From contig BCKZ01000007.1 of assembly GCA_001600815.1 (NCBI GenBank), positions 916,059-980,058 on the forward strand: a DNA stretch of 64,000 nt, written 5' to 3'. The DNA is from Alloascoidea hylecoeti (lineage: Eukaryota). The notes under the pieces were generated by a model. It worked only from the letters and a program-made list of their open reading frames with translations, searched no databases and had not been told where the DNA came from. The stretch's first letter is position 1, and every line of letters starts with the position of its first letter. Made by a program: the position numbers and the translations under genes. Below, piece after piece: positions 11,996-23,007 of this stretch.

Positions 11996-13089
11996 ATTCG
12001 TATTTTAATGGTGAAGTTCAATCACAATAGTTTCAGTTTTGGTGTAGGCTTAAGACAAAAAATAGAAAATTTAACGTTGTTGTTGTCGTTGTTGTTGTTC
12101 TGAATATACTTGAATAGTAACTATCAATTGCATTAATATAGCGAACTAATAGCTAACTAACATGGAATTTATTGATAAATTAAGAAGAAGATAAAGTAGG
12201 AAATTAAGGATTTATATAAGCAGGAGACTTTAAATAACATTAATTACATTTTCATATAAGAGAATTCTGGATTCAATAGATACACAATATTACACATACT
12301 TAATGGTGTTAAAAGAGCATATTAAGTATCAGTATAGATAAATTTTAATAAAAACTTAAGGATGAATATGTACTTAATTGAGTTTAAGATTCTATTTTCA
12401 CAAAGATATCTACTATTTCATACTAACATGATTCCCAGATTGAAACTTAGATGACTCCTACTCTTAAGGTCAAATATAGCTACAAGGAAATGGTTTCTAG
12501 TCTTAGGCTTAAATATACTATTTCTCGATAAAAGATTTGGCTATAGCCATATGTATACATCTTATTTCATAATTGGTTCTTGGAAGAAGAAGAAACGCCA
12601 GCAGCTATAGCTTTCATACAATTATCATTGATATTAATAGCAGTTAATTATATTCTGGAATCTAAATTAAAGTGTTTCTTGATCTAATAAAGTTTAGATG
12701 CGAAAAGAAATATACGGCGTCACAATAAACAACGTTCGCTCTTAAATTCTACGAATAAGATTGAGTATTCTTCCTCCGATCGACCAAAAGATACCAATTA
12801 TTATATAATATATATTATGATTGTTTCTAATCTGTGCCCAAAATTAATTATAATTATAAAAAACTCCATTACAGTTTTCTGTAATTAAAACATCACTCGG
12901 AGAGTCACTCCAACTGGTTGTTATCTCCATACATTTAATTATATGGCTAACTAAATAGTTATATCGTTAATATTAGCTTGTCCATTCTTATAAACCTACC
13001 AGAACACGGCACATAATGCAATATAAACAAAACTTCAACTTTCATATATTAAAAACATTAACTAAATGTCTATATATTATTCTAATAAC

Positions 13090-13989
13090 TTATAAACTTG
13101 TTTCTGAACTTTTATCACTCCAGTCATATTCTAAAGGTTCCTTTACAGGATCCCAACAAGTTAAATGATAAGCAAGGTGATCACCCAACTCTGTTATTTC
13201 CAATCTTGTCAAATCAAAATCAAAAACATCAAAATTTTCTTTAGCACGAACTGGACTGACAGTCTTCGGTAATGGAATAAAACCCTTTTGAATACTCCAT
13301 TTCACTAAAATTTGTGCAGGAGACTTATTATATTTTTCTGCTAATTTAACCAAGTCTGGGGCATCAAGTTTGGTACCTCTTGTTAATGGAGAGTAAGCTT
13401 CCAGAGCCAAACCATTGGCTTTACAGAAGTCAACAAGTTCAGTTCTTTGTAACCAAGGAGATAATTCAATCTGATTGATCACTGGCTTAATCTTTAAGCC
13501 TTTCCATCTAAAGAGTTCTTTTATATGATGAATACCATAGTTAGAAACACCAATGGATCGAACAGTACCCGCTTCAACGGCCTCTTGTAAAGCCTTATAT
13601 GTGCCCAATCGCTTTTCCTTGTCTGATAGTGGAGAATGAATTAAGATTAAATCAATATAACCCAATCCTTCAGCTTTTTCCAATGAACTCTTGATTTGGG
13701 CTACTGTTTTATCGTATCCATGTGCAGTGTTTGGTACCTTTGTAGTATAAAAGATGTCCTCTCTTTTATTATGTTCAGGATCTTCATTTAACCACTTCAA
13801 GATTCCTTGGACAGATTCTTCTTCGTTGTTGTAAACAACTGCAGAGTCGACGTGTCGATAGCCGATCTTCAGGGCTTGGTAGACGATGGTAGTTGCTGTT
13901 TTAGCAGGTGTCTGATAAACACCAAACCCAATAACGGGGATTTTATGACCTGAGGACAATTCTTTTAATGGGGCTAATTTAAGTGACAT
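13090..13989 (-). CDS. Aldo-keto reductase (YJR096W-like), copy 1
   Basis: IPVIGFGVY, GYRHVDSAVVYNNE, IFYTTK, YIDLILIHSP, SIGVSNY, NQIELSPW, YSPL, PLPKT; start placed at MSLKL by alignment with copy 2. Confidence 0.94.
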   Translation of the reverse strand: MSLKLAPLKELSSGHKIPVIGFGVYQTPAKTATTIVYQALKIGYRHVDSAVVYNNEEESVQGILKWLNEDPEHNKREDIFYTTKVPNTAHGYDKTVAQIKSSLEKAEGLGYIDLILIHSPLSDKEKRLGTYKALQEAVEAGTVRSIGVSNYGIHHIKELFRWKGLKIKPVINQIELSPWLQRTELVDFCKANGLALEAYSPLTRGTKLDAPDLVKLAEKYNKSPAQILVKWSIQKGFIPLPKTVSPVRAKENFDVFDFDLTRLEITELGDHLAYHLTCWDPVKEPLEYDWSDKSSETSL

Positions 13990-14236
13990 TATCAATATAA
14001 AATCAATTGATTGCTCAAAACAAGGAGGTTAGGATTTCTTTGGATATAAGCAACTTATATTAGTAAGGTGGATTTATCATGTGAGACATCGGACGTTGAA
14101 TGATATTACAACATCCGATCCGATTAAGAATAAATTGCGTAATCTTAGTCTTATTCTACATCATATAATTATAACTATTTAAATAGGTATTTAAATCGAT
14201 TTAATCTTACATCCAATATCAATTGTCTTTATAAAT

Positions 14237-15124
14237 ATGTCTAATTTGGCTCCCTTAAAAGAATTGCCTTCCGGTCATAAAATCCCCGTTATTGGTTTAG
14301 GAGTTTACTTAACTCCCACCGATGTCGCTTCAAGTATTGTCTACGAGGCCTTGAAATTGGGGTATAGACATATTGACTCTGCTGCTGCTTACAAAAACGA
14401 AGAAGAAGTTGCCCAAGGAATCTTGAAATGGCTAAATGAAGATCCTGAACACAATAAAAGAGAGGATATCTTTTATACTACAAAGATACCTAACGAGGCA
14501 CACGGTTACGCCGAAGCAAAAGAACAGATTGAAAAATCATTAAATAAAGCAAAGGGTCTTAAATATATTGATTTGATACTTATTCATTCACCACAATCAA
14601 ATCGTGAAAAAAGACTTGGAACATATAAAGCATTACAAGAAGCAGTCAATTCCGGGACTATAAAAACAATTGGTGTTTCAAATTATGGTATCCATCATTT
14701 AAAAGAATTATTAAAATGGGATGGATTGACAATTAAACCATCTATTAATCAAATAGAAATTTCTCCATGGTTACAAAGACAAGAACTAGTCAAATTTTCA
14801 CAAGATAATGGAATTGTATTAGAATCTTATTCACCTTTAACAAGAGGTCAAAGATTAACAAATCTTGACCCTGAATTAGGAGCATTAGCTAATAAATATG
14901 GGAAATCTCCTGCCCAGGTCTTAATTAAATGGAATATACAAAAAGGCTATATCGCATTACCTAAAACTATCAATCCAGCAAGAGCAGCAGAAAACTTTGA
15001 AGTCTTTGATTTTGAATTAACCAAGGAAGATTTGGAAGAATTTGGAGATCCAAAAGCTTATAGTGTTACTTCTACTACAGGTTGGGATCCTATTAGTGAA
15101 CCATTAGAGTATGAATTAAAATAG
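14237..15124 (+). CDS. Aldo-keto reductase (YJR096W-like), copy 2, divergent paralog
   Basis: Same AKR motifs; long stretches identical to copy 1 (QGILKWLNEDPEHNKREDIFYTTK). Confidence 0.94.
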   Translation: MSNLAPLKELPSGHKIPVIGLGVYLTPTDVASSIVYEALKLGYRHIDSAAAYKNEEEVAQGILKWLNEDPEHNKREDIFYTTKIPNEAHGYAEAKEQIEKSLNKAKGLKYIDLILIHSPQSNREKRLGTYKALQEAVNSGTIKTIGVSNYGIHHLKELLKWDGLTIKPSINQIEISPWLQRQELVKFSQDNGIVLESYSPLTRGQRLTNLDPELGALANKYGKSPAQVLIKWNIQKGYIALPKTINPARAAENFEVFDFELTKEDLEEFGDPKAYSVTSTTGWDPISEPLEYELK

Positions 15125-15195
15125 ATGATAAATTCTTAGACACTTAATATCATTCATAAATTTATAAATTATATCAATATTATAATATAGGTAGG

Positions 15196-16209
15196 TTAAC
15201 CTATAAAAATAGATAATATTTTAGTTCCTTTTTCGAAGAATGCCTTGAAATTTCCCTTTAAATTTGTGTTTACTGCTATTGAGGATATGTCAACTTCAAG
15301 TACCTGACCATGAATAAACAAGAGTAGTTTGTGGGTTTTATTATCGTAATCTAATGTGACAGTTTCAAAATCTTCTATATCCGCTGAGCTAACTCTAACA
15401 GCATGAGTGTACTCTTTTGGTTTATCAAGTTTTATTATTGATGTGTTTAATTGAATTTCCCTTTCTACTTCTAGATCTTTCCCGGTATTATTATCTGCTT
15501 CCCCGATGACTTCAATCAAGGGTTTCTTTGAGGGCTGTGACAGTAAAAAAGAATTAGCTTGACCAGGTCCAGGACTCAGTTGCCCATGTTGAGCTATAGT
15601 TTCTTTTTCATCATTGTTATTCTCATTTTTTTTCATATCCAATATCAATTTGGCCATCTCATCAATTTCAGTTGTTACATTTTTCTCTGGAAGTTTTAAC
15701 TGTGAAGCTTTGACAATAATATTCCCAACTTTCCCCTTGACTGGCAATTTTGGAAAGCTAACTTCATCAGAGAGTTCAAGTTTTGATTTAAATTCAACAG
15801 CATTAATACACCATTGAGCCATAACCGTCCTTAAATCTTTATCCTTTAAAACCCAAGTAAATGCTCTATCATTAATAACACAATCATAAACAAAGGATTT
15901 AACACCTTTTTTATCCTTATCTTCCCTTTCTTCAGAGCAGACAATCGGAATTTCCCATTTATCAGCTAAAATCAATGGAATAACTTCAGGGCTGAAGTCG
16001 GTATCAGGAGCTGGTACATGCTTTTCATGACATAAATTAATAAAAAATTTGGTTCCTTTATTTCTTACTGGTGAAATTGTAGATTTTTCCAAACGTGTTT
16101 TAATCACAAAACCAGGCTTTGGAGTAAGAGATATCTCCTCATCTGAATCACCTGGATCATCTATATCGATTTCATCTTGTATATTTTCAAGCTCTTCAAT
16201 AATTGCCAT
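15196..16209 (-). CDS. PIH1: PIH1 domain protein (R2TP complex)
   Basis: LTPKPGFVIKT, KFFINLC, WEIPIVCSEEREDKDKKG..SFVYDCVIN. Confidence 0.88.
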   Translation of the reverse strand: MAIIEELENIQDEIDIDDPGDSDEEISLTPKPGFVIKTRLEKSTISPVRNKGTKFFINLCHEKHVPAPDTDFSPEVIPLILADKWEIPIVCSEEREDKDKKGVKSFVYDCVINDRAFTWVLKDKDLRTVMAQWCINAVEFKSKLELSDEVSFPKLPVKGKVGNIIVKASQLKLPEKNVTTEIDEMAKLILDMKKNENNNDEKETIAQHGQLSPGPGQANSFLLSQPSKKPLIEVIGEADNNTGKDLEVEREIQLNTSIIKLDKPKEYTHAVRVSSADIEDFETVTLDYDNKTHKLLLFIHGQVLEVDISSIAVNTNLKGNFKAFFEKGTKILSIFIG

Positions 16210-16259
16210 TTTAGGATTGACCTTTTGTGTGATACCGTGTGATTATATAAGGTGGTGGA

Positions 16260-16266
16260 TCACGTG
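16260..16266. promoter_or_regulatory. Cbf1-type E-box TCACGTG in the PIH1/arylsulfatase divergent promoter
   Basis: tcacgtg at 16260-16266; Cbf1-Met4 controls sulfur genes in yeasts, but the target here is inferred. Confidence 0.4.
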
Positions 16267-16735
16267 TGAAGATTACCAGCCTATTATGTAAGGATTTCAT
16301 TAACTATACGGTCATTTCACTCATTCGGATACTGATTATCGGACACTCCCGCAACTAATTTGCGGACGGGTTTGGCATTTTTCAATTTTAAACCTTCTAC
16401 TAATTATAAACAGAAAATCCCAACAATAAACTGAATTAATTTATCTAATCTTCGGAAATAATCTAATCAATCGATATCTAATTGGGTAATACAATTATTA
16501 ATCCGAAGCTGAAGCCCCGAGGAGATTTTCTCAACAATTTGTGTACATGTATTATATAATCATAGATGACGAAGTTTAGAGTGACATGACGGAATACCAT
16601 TGATAACGTGGGTGCAACTAAACAATTGTAACTGCATATTAATGTTGATCTTGTAGTATCACCTCAACAAGTAAACTATAAAAGTTCTTACATTATGCTT
16701 GAAATATATTTCAATTTCACAAAACTAATCTAGAA

Positions 16736-18400
16736 ATGTCCAGACCAAATATTCTAATAATCGTAGCAGATGATTTGGGCTTTACTGATACTTCTCCATT
16801 TGGTGGAGAGATTAAGACCCCAAATCTTCAGGCTTTAGCATCTCAAGGTCTTCGTTTTACTAATTTTCATACTGCTTCAGCATGTTCTCCAACAAGATCA
16901 ATGCTATTGTCAGGGACTGATAATCATATTGCTGGCTTAGGGCAAATGGCTGAATTTGCTAGAGGCTACCCAGAGAAATTTGCCGGTAAAAAAGGTTATG
17001 AAGGAGTTTTAAATGACAGGGTTGCACCATTGCCTGCTATTTTAAAAGACGCCGGATACTATACATGGCTTGCTGGGAAATGGCATTTAGGACTAACCCC
17101 AGACTCAATTCCATCTCAACGTGGGTTTGAAAAGAGCTTTTCTTTATTGCCAGGTGCTGGAAATTACTATAAATATTTTCCAAAAGCTGAAATTGACGGT
17201 AAAAGAGTACCATTTATGGAACCAATTTATGTTGAAAATGATAGATATATTGATGCCGAAAAAGAATTGCCTGATGATTTTTATACTACAAATTATTTCA
17301 CTGATAAAGCAATTGAATTTTTAAAACATCCTGAAAGAAATGATAGGCCTTTCTTTGGATTCTTGACTTATACCGCACCTCACTGGCCTTTTCAAGCACC
17401 GAAAGAAAGAATAGCAAAATATAAAGGTGTTTATGATAAAGGTCCTGCTGTTCTAAGAGAAGCCCGTTTAGCAGCTGCTAAAGAATTAGGAATCATTCCT
17501 GATGATGTTGAACCACATCCTATTAGATCACTTCATGAAGAATGGTCTCAACTATCACCAGAAGAACAAAAAAGACAGGCAAGAATAATGGAAATTTATG
17601 CAGCCATGGTTGACATTCAAGATGAGCAAATAGGTCGGGTGATTCAAACATTAAAAGATCAAAATGAATTTGATAACACTGCAATATATTTCTTAAGTGA
17701 TAATGGTGCAGAGGGTTTCTTAATGGAAGCAATGCCAATGAAAAATTCATCAACAAAGAAATGTGTTGCAAAATATTTTGATAACTCTTATGAAAATCTA
17801 GGTAATAAGGATTCATGGGTTTATTATAACGATCAATGGGCACAAGCAGCTACTGCTCCTTCATATATGTATAAAATGTGGGCTTCGGAAGGTGGTATAC
17901 GAACTCCTTTAATTTTACGCTATCCTAAACTTACCTCATCACAACAAGCTGATGTTAAAGATGCTTTTGTTACTGTTATGGATATATTGCCCACTGTTTT
18001 GGAATTTGCTGGCGTAAAGCACCCAGGAAAGTCATTTCATGGCCGTGAAGTAGCAATACCTAGAGGTCAATCTTGGCTACCTTACCTTATTAAAGAACAA
18101 AATCATGTCCACGATTCCGAAACAGTAACTGGTTGGGAGTTATTTGGTCAACAAGCAGTTAGAAAAGGTGATTATAAAGCATTATTTATCCCCAAACCTT
18201 TTGGTTCTGGCGAATGGGAGTTATATAATATTACAAAAGATCAAGGTGAGATTCATAATCTAGCTACAAAAGAACCGGAAAAGCTTGAACAAATGCTAGA
18301 CTATTGGAGTTTGTATGTTGCGGAAACCGGATTGATTGAACTTGGAAATGAATTTGAAATACAAAACTTTTTATATGATGCAAAGATTTTTGATAATTAG
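16736..18400 (+). CDS. Formylglycine-type arylsulfatase (AtsA-like), no signal peptide
   Basis: RPNILIIVADDLG, CSPTRSMLLSG (CxPxR), GKWHLG, YTAPHWP, FLSDNG, EGGIRTP. Confidence 0.95.
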   Translation: MSRPNILIIVADDLGFTDTSPFGGEIKTPNLQALASQGLRFTNFHTASACSPTRSMLLSGTDNHIAGLGQMAEFARGYPEKFAGKKGYEGVLNDRVAPLPAILKDAGYYTWLAGKWHLGLTPDSIPSQRGFEKSFSLLPGAGNYYKYFPKAEIDGKRVPFMEPIYVENDRYIDAEKELPDDFYTTNYFTDKAIEFLKHPERNDRPFFGFLTYTAPHWPFQAPKERIAKYKGVYDKGPAVLREARLAAAKELGIIPDDVEPHPIRSLHEEWSQLSPEEQKRQARIMEIYAAMVDIQDEQIGRVIQTLKDQNEFDNTAIYFLSDNGAEGFLMEAMPMKNSSTKKCVAKYFDNSYENLGNKDSWVYYNDQWAQAATAPSYMYKMWASEGGIRTPLILRYPKLTSSQQADVKDAFVTVMDILPTVLEFAGVKHPGKSFHGREVAIPRGQSWLPYLIKEQNHVHDSETVTGWELFGQQAVRKGDYKALFIPKPFGSGEWELYNITKDQGEIHNLATKEPEKLEQMLDYWSLYVAETGLIELGNEFEIQNFLYDAKIFDN

Positions 18401-18440
18401 TTATATAAAATTATAGATATTAATAGGCAAAATGCACGAT

Positions 18441-21338
18441 TTATTCAATAACTAAATACTTTTCAACAATCCTTCTTGCTAAAAGCCCATTACCATTAAT
18501 GTTATAAATAAATTGTAAATTATAAGCAGCTTGTCTTTTTAGATCATAGGTTGGATCTAAATTTTCATACGTTAATACATTTTCATAATAGGGAATAGCT
18601 AGGTTTGCTAAGTTCAGCATATGATATACCCTTGCCATATTAAAATCGGCTTCTTGAGATTCATGGGGTCCCATTTTTCTTCGTATATCATAATAATCAC
18701 GTAAAACAGCTAGACCCTGTAATATTTGTAGATGCCGATTTGGGGCAAGTCGTTTTAGAGCACTGTGAACATGAGCCAAGCCAGCAGATAATAAGATTAA
18801 AGGATCTTTAGGTGCTAAATTTTGAGCACGTAAATAATAAAATAGACTTGGAGTATAACTCCGGCCAGCCATTAAAATATTACCATAGCCCTGTAATAAT
18901 TGTGGATCTTTTGGATCCGTTAACACTTCAACTTTTGCCATTCCAGTAATTGGTTTTTTTAAAATAATAGAATCATAGGCTTTTACCTGTCTCAAATAAA
19001 ACTTTTGTGTATTATTACTTATAAAAGTATAACTTGCTTGATTTCCACCATTTAAACCACATGAATATAATCGTAAAGATCTTGAGGAATCATGGCAATC
19101 ATTAATTATTAACCTTCCAGCTATATCAACCATTTTAAAATCTTTTGCAATATACGCAATCGATAAATGAACCAGGTTCATCCATCTAACTCTATCTGGG
19201 TGTTGATAAAAAACATTAACAGTTTTTGCTCTTTGAATTAAAGCATATGCATCCTGTGTATTCTCATATTTTACCAATGCTAATGCATAATGCATATAAA
19301 TATCGAACCAATCGTTAAAGCTGACACCTCTTAAATTCTCTGCATTTTTAACCTGTTCGGTTGTTTTTTCTTTTCCAATTTCATTATTTGCTTCTTGTAA
19401 TCGTACCAATTTTTTTATTTGTAAATCAACAGTCATTTCACTTTGTCTATGTCTTGTGACATTTAAACCGGTAAAACCTTGACGTTTCAGAGTAGGAAAC
19501 AATTCCTTTGTACCATTAAAGAAATCAATTAAATCCGACGCGATTTCGATCCATTTCTGAACATCTTCTGAAATTCCAACCATGAAACCTGGCGTATGTA
19601 CTTTTAAGGCAATATAATGACTACTAACGAAGAAATTTGCTTTCTTCTCTTGATTAATAAAATCCCGCTTCTGTTTATATTTTAAGGGCCGTTTATGTGG
19701 CGTAATCAGAGCTAGGGTTTGATTTTCATTAGTAGTCGTGGTGGTTAATTCGTCATCATCATTTTCCATGATTTCATTACTGATATTCAAGAGTTCTTCT
19801 GATTTACCCCATTTAAAATATAGTTTTGCAAGCTCAAGTTTTATGTCCTTATTATTAGGATCCCTTGATAAAGCTTCTTTAAAGGCTAATTCAGCTTCTT
19901 CATAATTTCCTAGTTCTGTGCTACACATAGCAATTCCAAGAGTAACTGAGTCATCAATATTAATTAAATGTGCGATTGGTGTAAAGCATTTTAATGCTTC
20001 AAGAAACATCCCAGCATTTTGGAATGTTTCACCAAGATCAGTGAGAGTATGGGGAAATGATTTAGGTGAATTTAATAATATTTGTTCTAATTGAATTAAT
20101 GCTTCTTTAGTTTCTTCTCTTATTAGTCTAAATTTTAAGAGTTGAGCTCTCAATTCAACAGGCAAAGTGAAATCATCGACAGATGAAAATTTTCCACTAA
20201 ATCTAGAAGTCCATTTTCTATCATCAAATTCCGAATCATCTACGATAATTTCATCCCAAAATGTTTGACTTGATCTTCCATTAATCCATCTTGCCACTTT
20301 TTTGATTGTTTTTAAACCCAATAAGTAAGCCCTTTGTTTATAGTATAACTCAGATAAAATGTTAAGTTCAGACCATCCAAATTTTGTAGGATATTTTTCT
20401 TTATCAAAGTCGTGTTCTTCAACTTCCATATTTCTTTTCATAATTTCTTCATATAAATCAATAGCCCTCAATGGTTGATCCATATTTACAAAACATTCTG
20501 CAATTTCTTTTATAACCTTTGTATCTTCGGGAATCCGCTTTCGTATTTTTTCTAAATATCTTAAAGCAAGTGGAAATTTGTCCAATTTCATATTAGTCCT
20601 AGCTCTTTCAAATAACGAGACTAGATCATTTGGATCAGCTAGTGAAGCCATTTTATAACAATGATCAGCCTGCTCTAAATGTCCTAATTCTTCGCTCATT
20701 TTCGCACACGTAATCCATAAATCATAGTCTTTTGTTCTTAATGATCCTGCACATATCCATAAGATACAACATCTTCCTTTATCCCTTTTTATATCATAAA
20801 TTTCTCCTAGCGTTTTATAAGCAGGATAACAAGTATCATTTATAGTAATGATTTTTTGGTATATTTCTTCAGCTTTATCAAAATCTTTCTTAACATAAGC
20901 TTCGTTAGCTTCACCAAGCATCCTCTGAACTTCGGGTTCCAATGGTTTTTCCTTCCGCGTTCTTCTGAAAATACCACTTTTATCGGCAAGTACTTTACGA
21001 CTTGAGCCAAACACTCGTTTCAAAGAGGACTTGAAAACATCAGCCCTCTTTTGTGCATCAAGCGAGTTATTCACTTCATCCTCATATTCAATGTCTGGAT
21101 CATCTGATGAAAATCCAAGAGATCCCTCATCTTCTGATTCATTATCATCATCATCTGAGTAATTGTTATCATTCATTTCTTCATCGCTTTCAGCTAAAAC
21201 ATCAGCAGCATATTTTTTCAATAAATCGTCACCGATATCATCTGAAGACTTGTTACAATCATCGCCGTTCATCTCCATTTCTTCATCTCCAATTTCTTCT
21301 TCGGCCCCGTTAGAGTTTCCCAGATTGTTTTTCTCCAT
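18441..21338 (-). CDS. TFC4: TFIIIC subunit tau131 (TPR protein)
   Basis: Acidic N-terminus, TPR repeats, C-terminal QKFYLRQVKAYD, RHLQILQGL, QEADFNMARVYH, LKRQAAYNLQFIY; start set at MEKNN because the longer ORF start overlaps UFD1 exon 1 and its intron. Confidence 0.92.
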   Translation of the reverse strand: MEKNNLGNSNGAEEEIGDEEMEMNGDDCNKSSDDIGDDLLKKYAADVLAESDEEMNDNNYSDDDDNESEDEGSLGFSSDDPDIEYEDEVNNSLDAQKRADVFKSSLKRVFGSSRKVLADKSGIFRRTRKEKPLEPEVQRMLGEANEAYVKKDFDKAEEIYQKIITINDTCYPAYKTLGEIYDIKRDKGRCCILWICAGSLRTKDYDLWITCAKMSEELGHLEQADHCYKMASLADPNDLVSLFERARTNMKLDKFPLALRYLEKIRKRIPEDTKVIKEIAECFVNMDQPLRAIDLYEEIMKRNMEVEEHDFDKEKYPTKFGWSELNILSELYYKQRAYLLGLKTIKKVARWINGRSSQTFWDEIIVDDSEFDDRKWTSRFSGKFSSVDDFTLPVELRAQLLKFRLIREETKEALIQLEQILLNSPKSFPHTLTDLGETFQNAGMFLEALKCFTPIAHLINIDDSVTLGIAMCSTELGNYEEAELAFKEALSRDPNNKDIKLELAKLYFKWGKSEELLNISNEIMENDDDELTTTTTNENQTLALITPHKRPLKYKQKRDFINQEKKANFFVSSHYIALKVHTPGFMVGISEDVQKWIEIASDLIDFFNGTKELFPTLKRQGFTGLNVTRHRQSEMTVDLQIKKLVRLQEANNEIGKEKTTEQVKNAENLRGVSFNDWFDIYMHYALALVKYENTQDAYALIQRAKTVNVFYQHPDRVRWMNLVHLSIAYIAKDFKMVDIAGRLIINDCHDSSRSLRLYSCGLNGGNQASYTFISNNTQKFYLRQVKAYDSIILKKPITGMAKVEVLTDPKDPQLLQGYGNILMAGRSYTPSLFYYLRAQNLAPKDPLILLSAGLAHVHSALKRLAPNRHLQILQGLAVLRDYYDIRRKMGPHESQEADFNMARVYHMLNLANLAIPYYENVLTYENLDPTYDLKRQAAYNLQFIYNINGNGLLARRIVEKYLVIE

Positions 21339-21459
21339 TGTTTTTCCCAATTGGTACACTACATAGTACCTTTTTTTATTTTGCTTATCTGTGTGTATGG
21401 ATGGACATCCTTCCTCACTTTTAAACCACCTTTCAAACTTCCCTAATAATCTAATTATA

Positions 21460-22634
21460 ATGGTAAGTGAGAATACACCTTTCACTTTATTCATTGATCT
21501 CTTTTTATTTCATTTCTAACAAACGTCCTTTAATAGTTCAGCTATAATAACTTTTCTGATAACTGGGGGTTTAACCCCAACTCTATTCAATCACATTTTG
21601 TAAATCCCAATGCCAAATTTGAAGAGTTCTACAGGGTATATCCAATTGCTATGATGCCCGATCATACCAGAAAAGACGAAGCAAACTTTGGAGGAAAAAT
21701 TTTCTTACCTTCGAGTGCCTTGGGTGCTCTGGTTAAACTAAATATTCAATATCCGATGCTTTTTTCGTTAACAAATGAATCCGAAGAAATAACAACTCAT
21801 TCAGGTGTTTTGGAATTTGTTGCTGAAGAAGGTAGAGCATATTTACCACAATGGATGATGAATGTTACAAAAGCTCAACCTGGTTCATTACTTAAAATAT
21901 CAAGTTGCGACTTGCCACTAGGATCGTTTGTAAAAATTGAACCACAATCAGTTGATTTTTTGGATATTTCTGATCCAAAAGCTGTCTTAGAAAATACACT
22001 CAGGAAATTTTCAACTTTAACAATTAATGATATAATTGAAATTTCATATAATGACAAAGTTTATGCTATTAGGGTTTTGGAAGCTAAACCTGAATCAGAA
22101 AATAATAGTATATGTGTTGTGGAAACTGATTTACAAACCGATTTTGCGCCTCCCGTTGGATACGTGGAGCCAGAGCCAATCACTAGGCCGTCATCTAGCT
22201 CTGTTACTGGCAGTGGTATTTCCAGGGGGTCTACTCCAGCTGTCTCAGGAACCATGGCACAGGCCATCAAATACCGTGAGTTAGCTAAATCAACTTCAAC
22301 TGTGAAGAATCAATTCACTGGAACAGGCAACAAGCTATCTGGACGTAAGGTGAAATTGGCCCCATCAACACCAGAAACAGAAGATGACGATGAACCCTTG
22401 ACGGATTTAGAAGGTCCTCCGGTACCATTGGTCTTGCCTTACGGCAAACTATTCTTTGGTTTCCCATTGGTACCTGCTAAGCACGAAGGCGAGGAAGAGG
22501 AGAAAGAAACATTTAATCCTTTTGCGGGTCAAGGCCAATCTTTACGAAAAAGTAAGAAGCGAAAAGATCATAATAAGGATAAGAAGAAGAAGAAAACGAG
22601 AAGCCCCAAGCAAGAAATTATTGAAATTGATTAA
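21460..22634 (+). CDS. UFD1: Ubiquitin fusion degradation protein 1; exon 1 is ATG only, intron 21463-21536
   Basis: ATG|GTAAGT...TTCTAAC...TAG|TTC gives MFSYNN...FEEFYRVYPIAMM, then NFGGKIFLPSSAL, THSGVLEFVAEEGRAYLPQWMM. Confidence 0.95.
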
Positions 22635-23007
22635 GTTCATTATTAATGACATATACCCATTTTTCTCTTTTTTTCATTCTTATTCTGATTCTTTTCCGAT
22701 GAAGCATCTTCTACTACGTTAGCATCGAAATGCATTCCATAATCATCATGATCAGTTAATTAAAACTAGTTATGAGCATACATAAGGTAGAGAAGTCATG
22801 ATATTAATATTCAGGTTCACCCATTTTTTAAGTCGGTATATTTTTTGTTTTATTTGAATTGCTGGTATTAATCAAATGTTAATTGTGGTTAAAATAATGA
22901 CTTATAAATATAATTAAGCTTCTTTACAAGATATTAGTCTGGTATATTTTAGTATATAAGTTTAGACTTTTAATTCAAGTAAAATATTATACAATTATTA
23001 ATACAGT

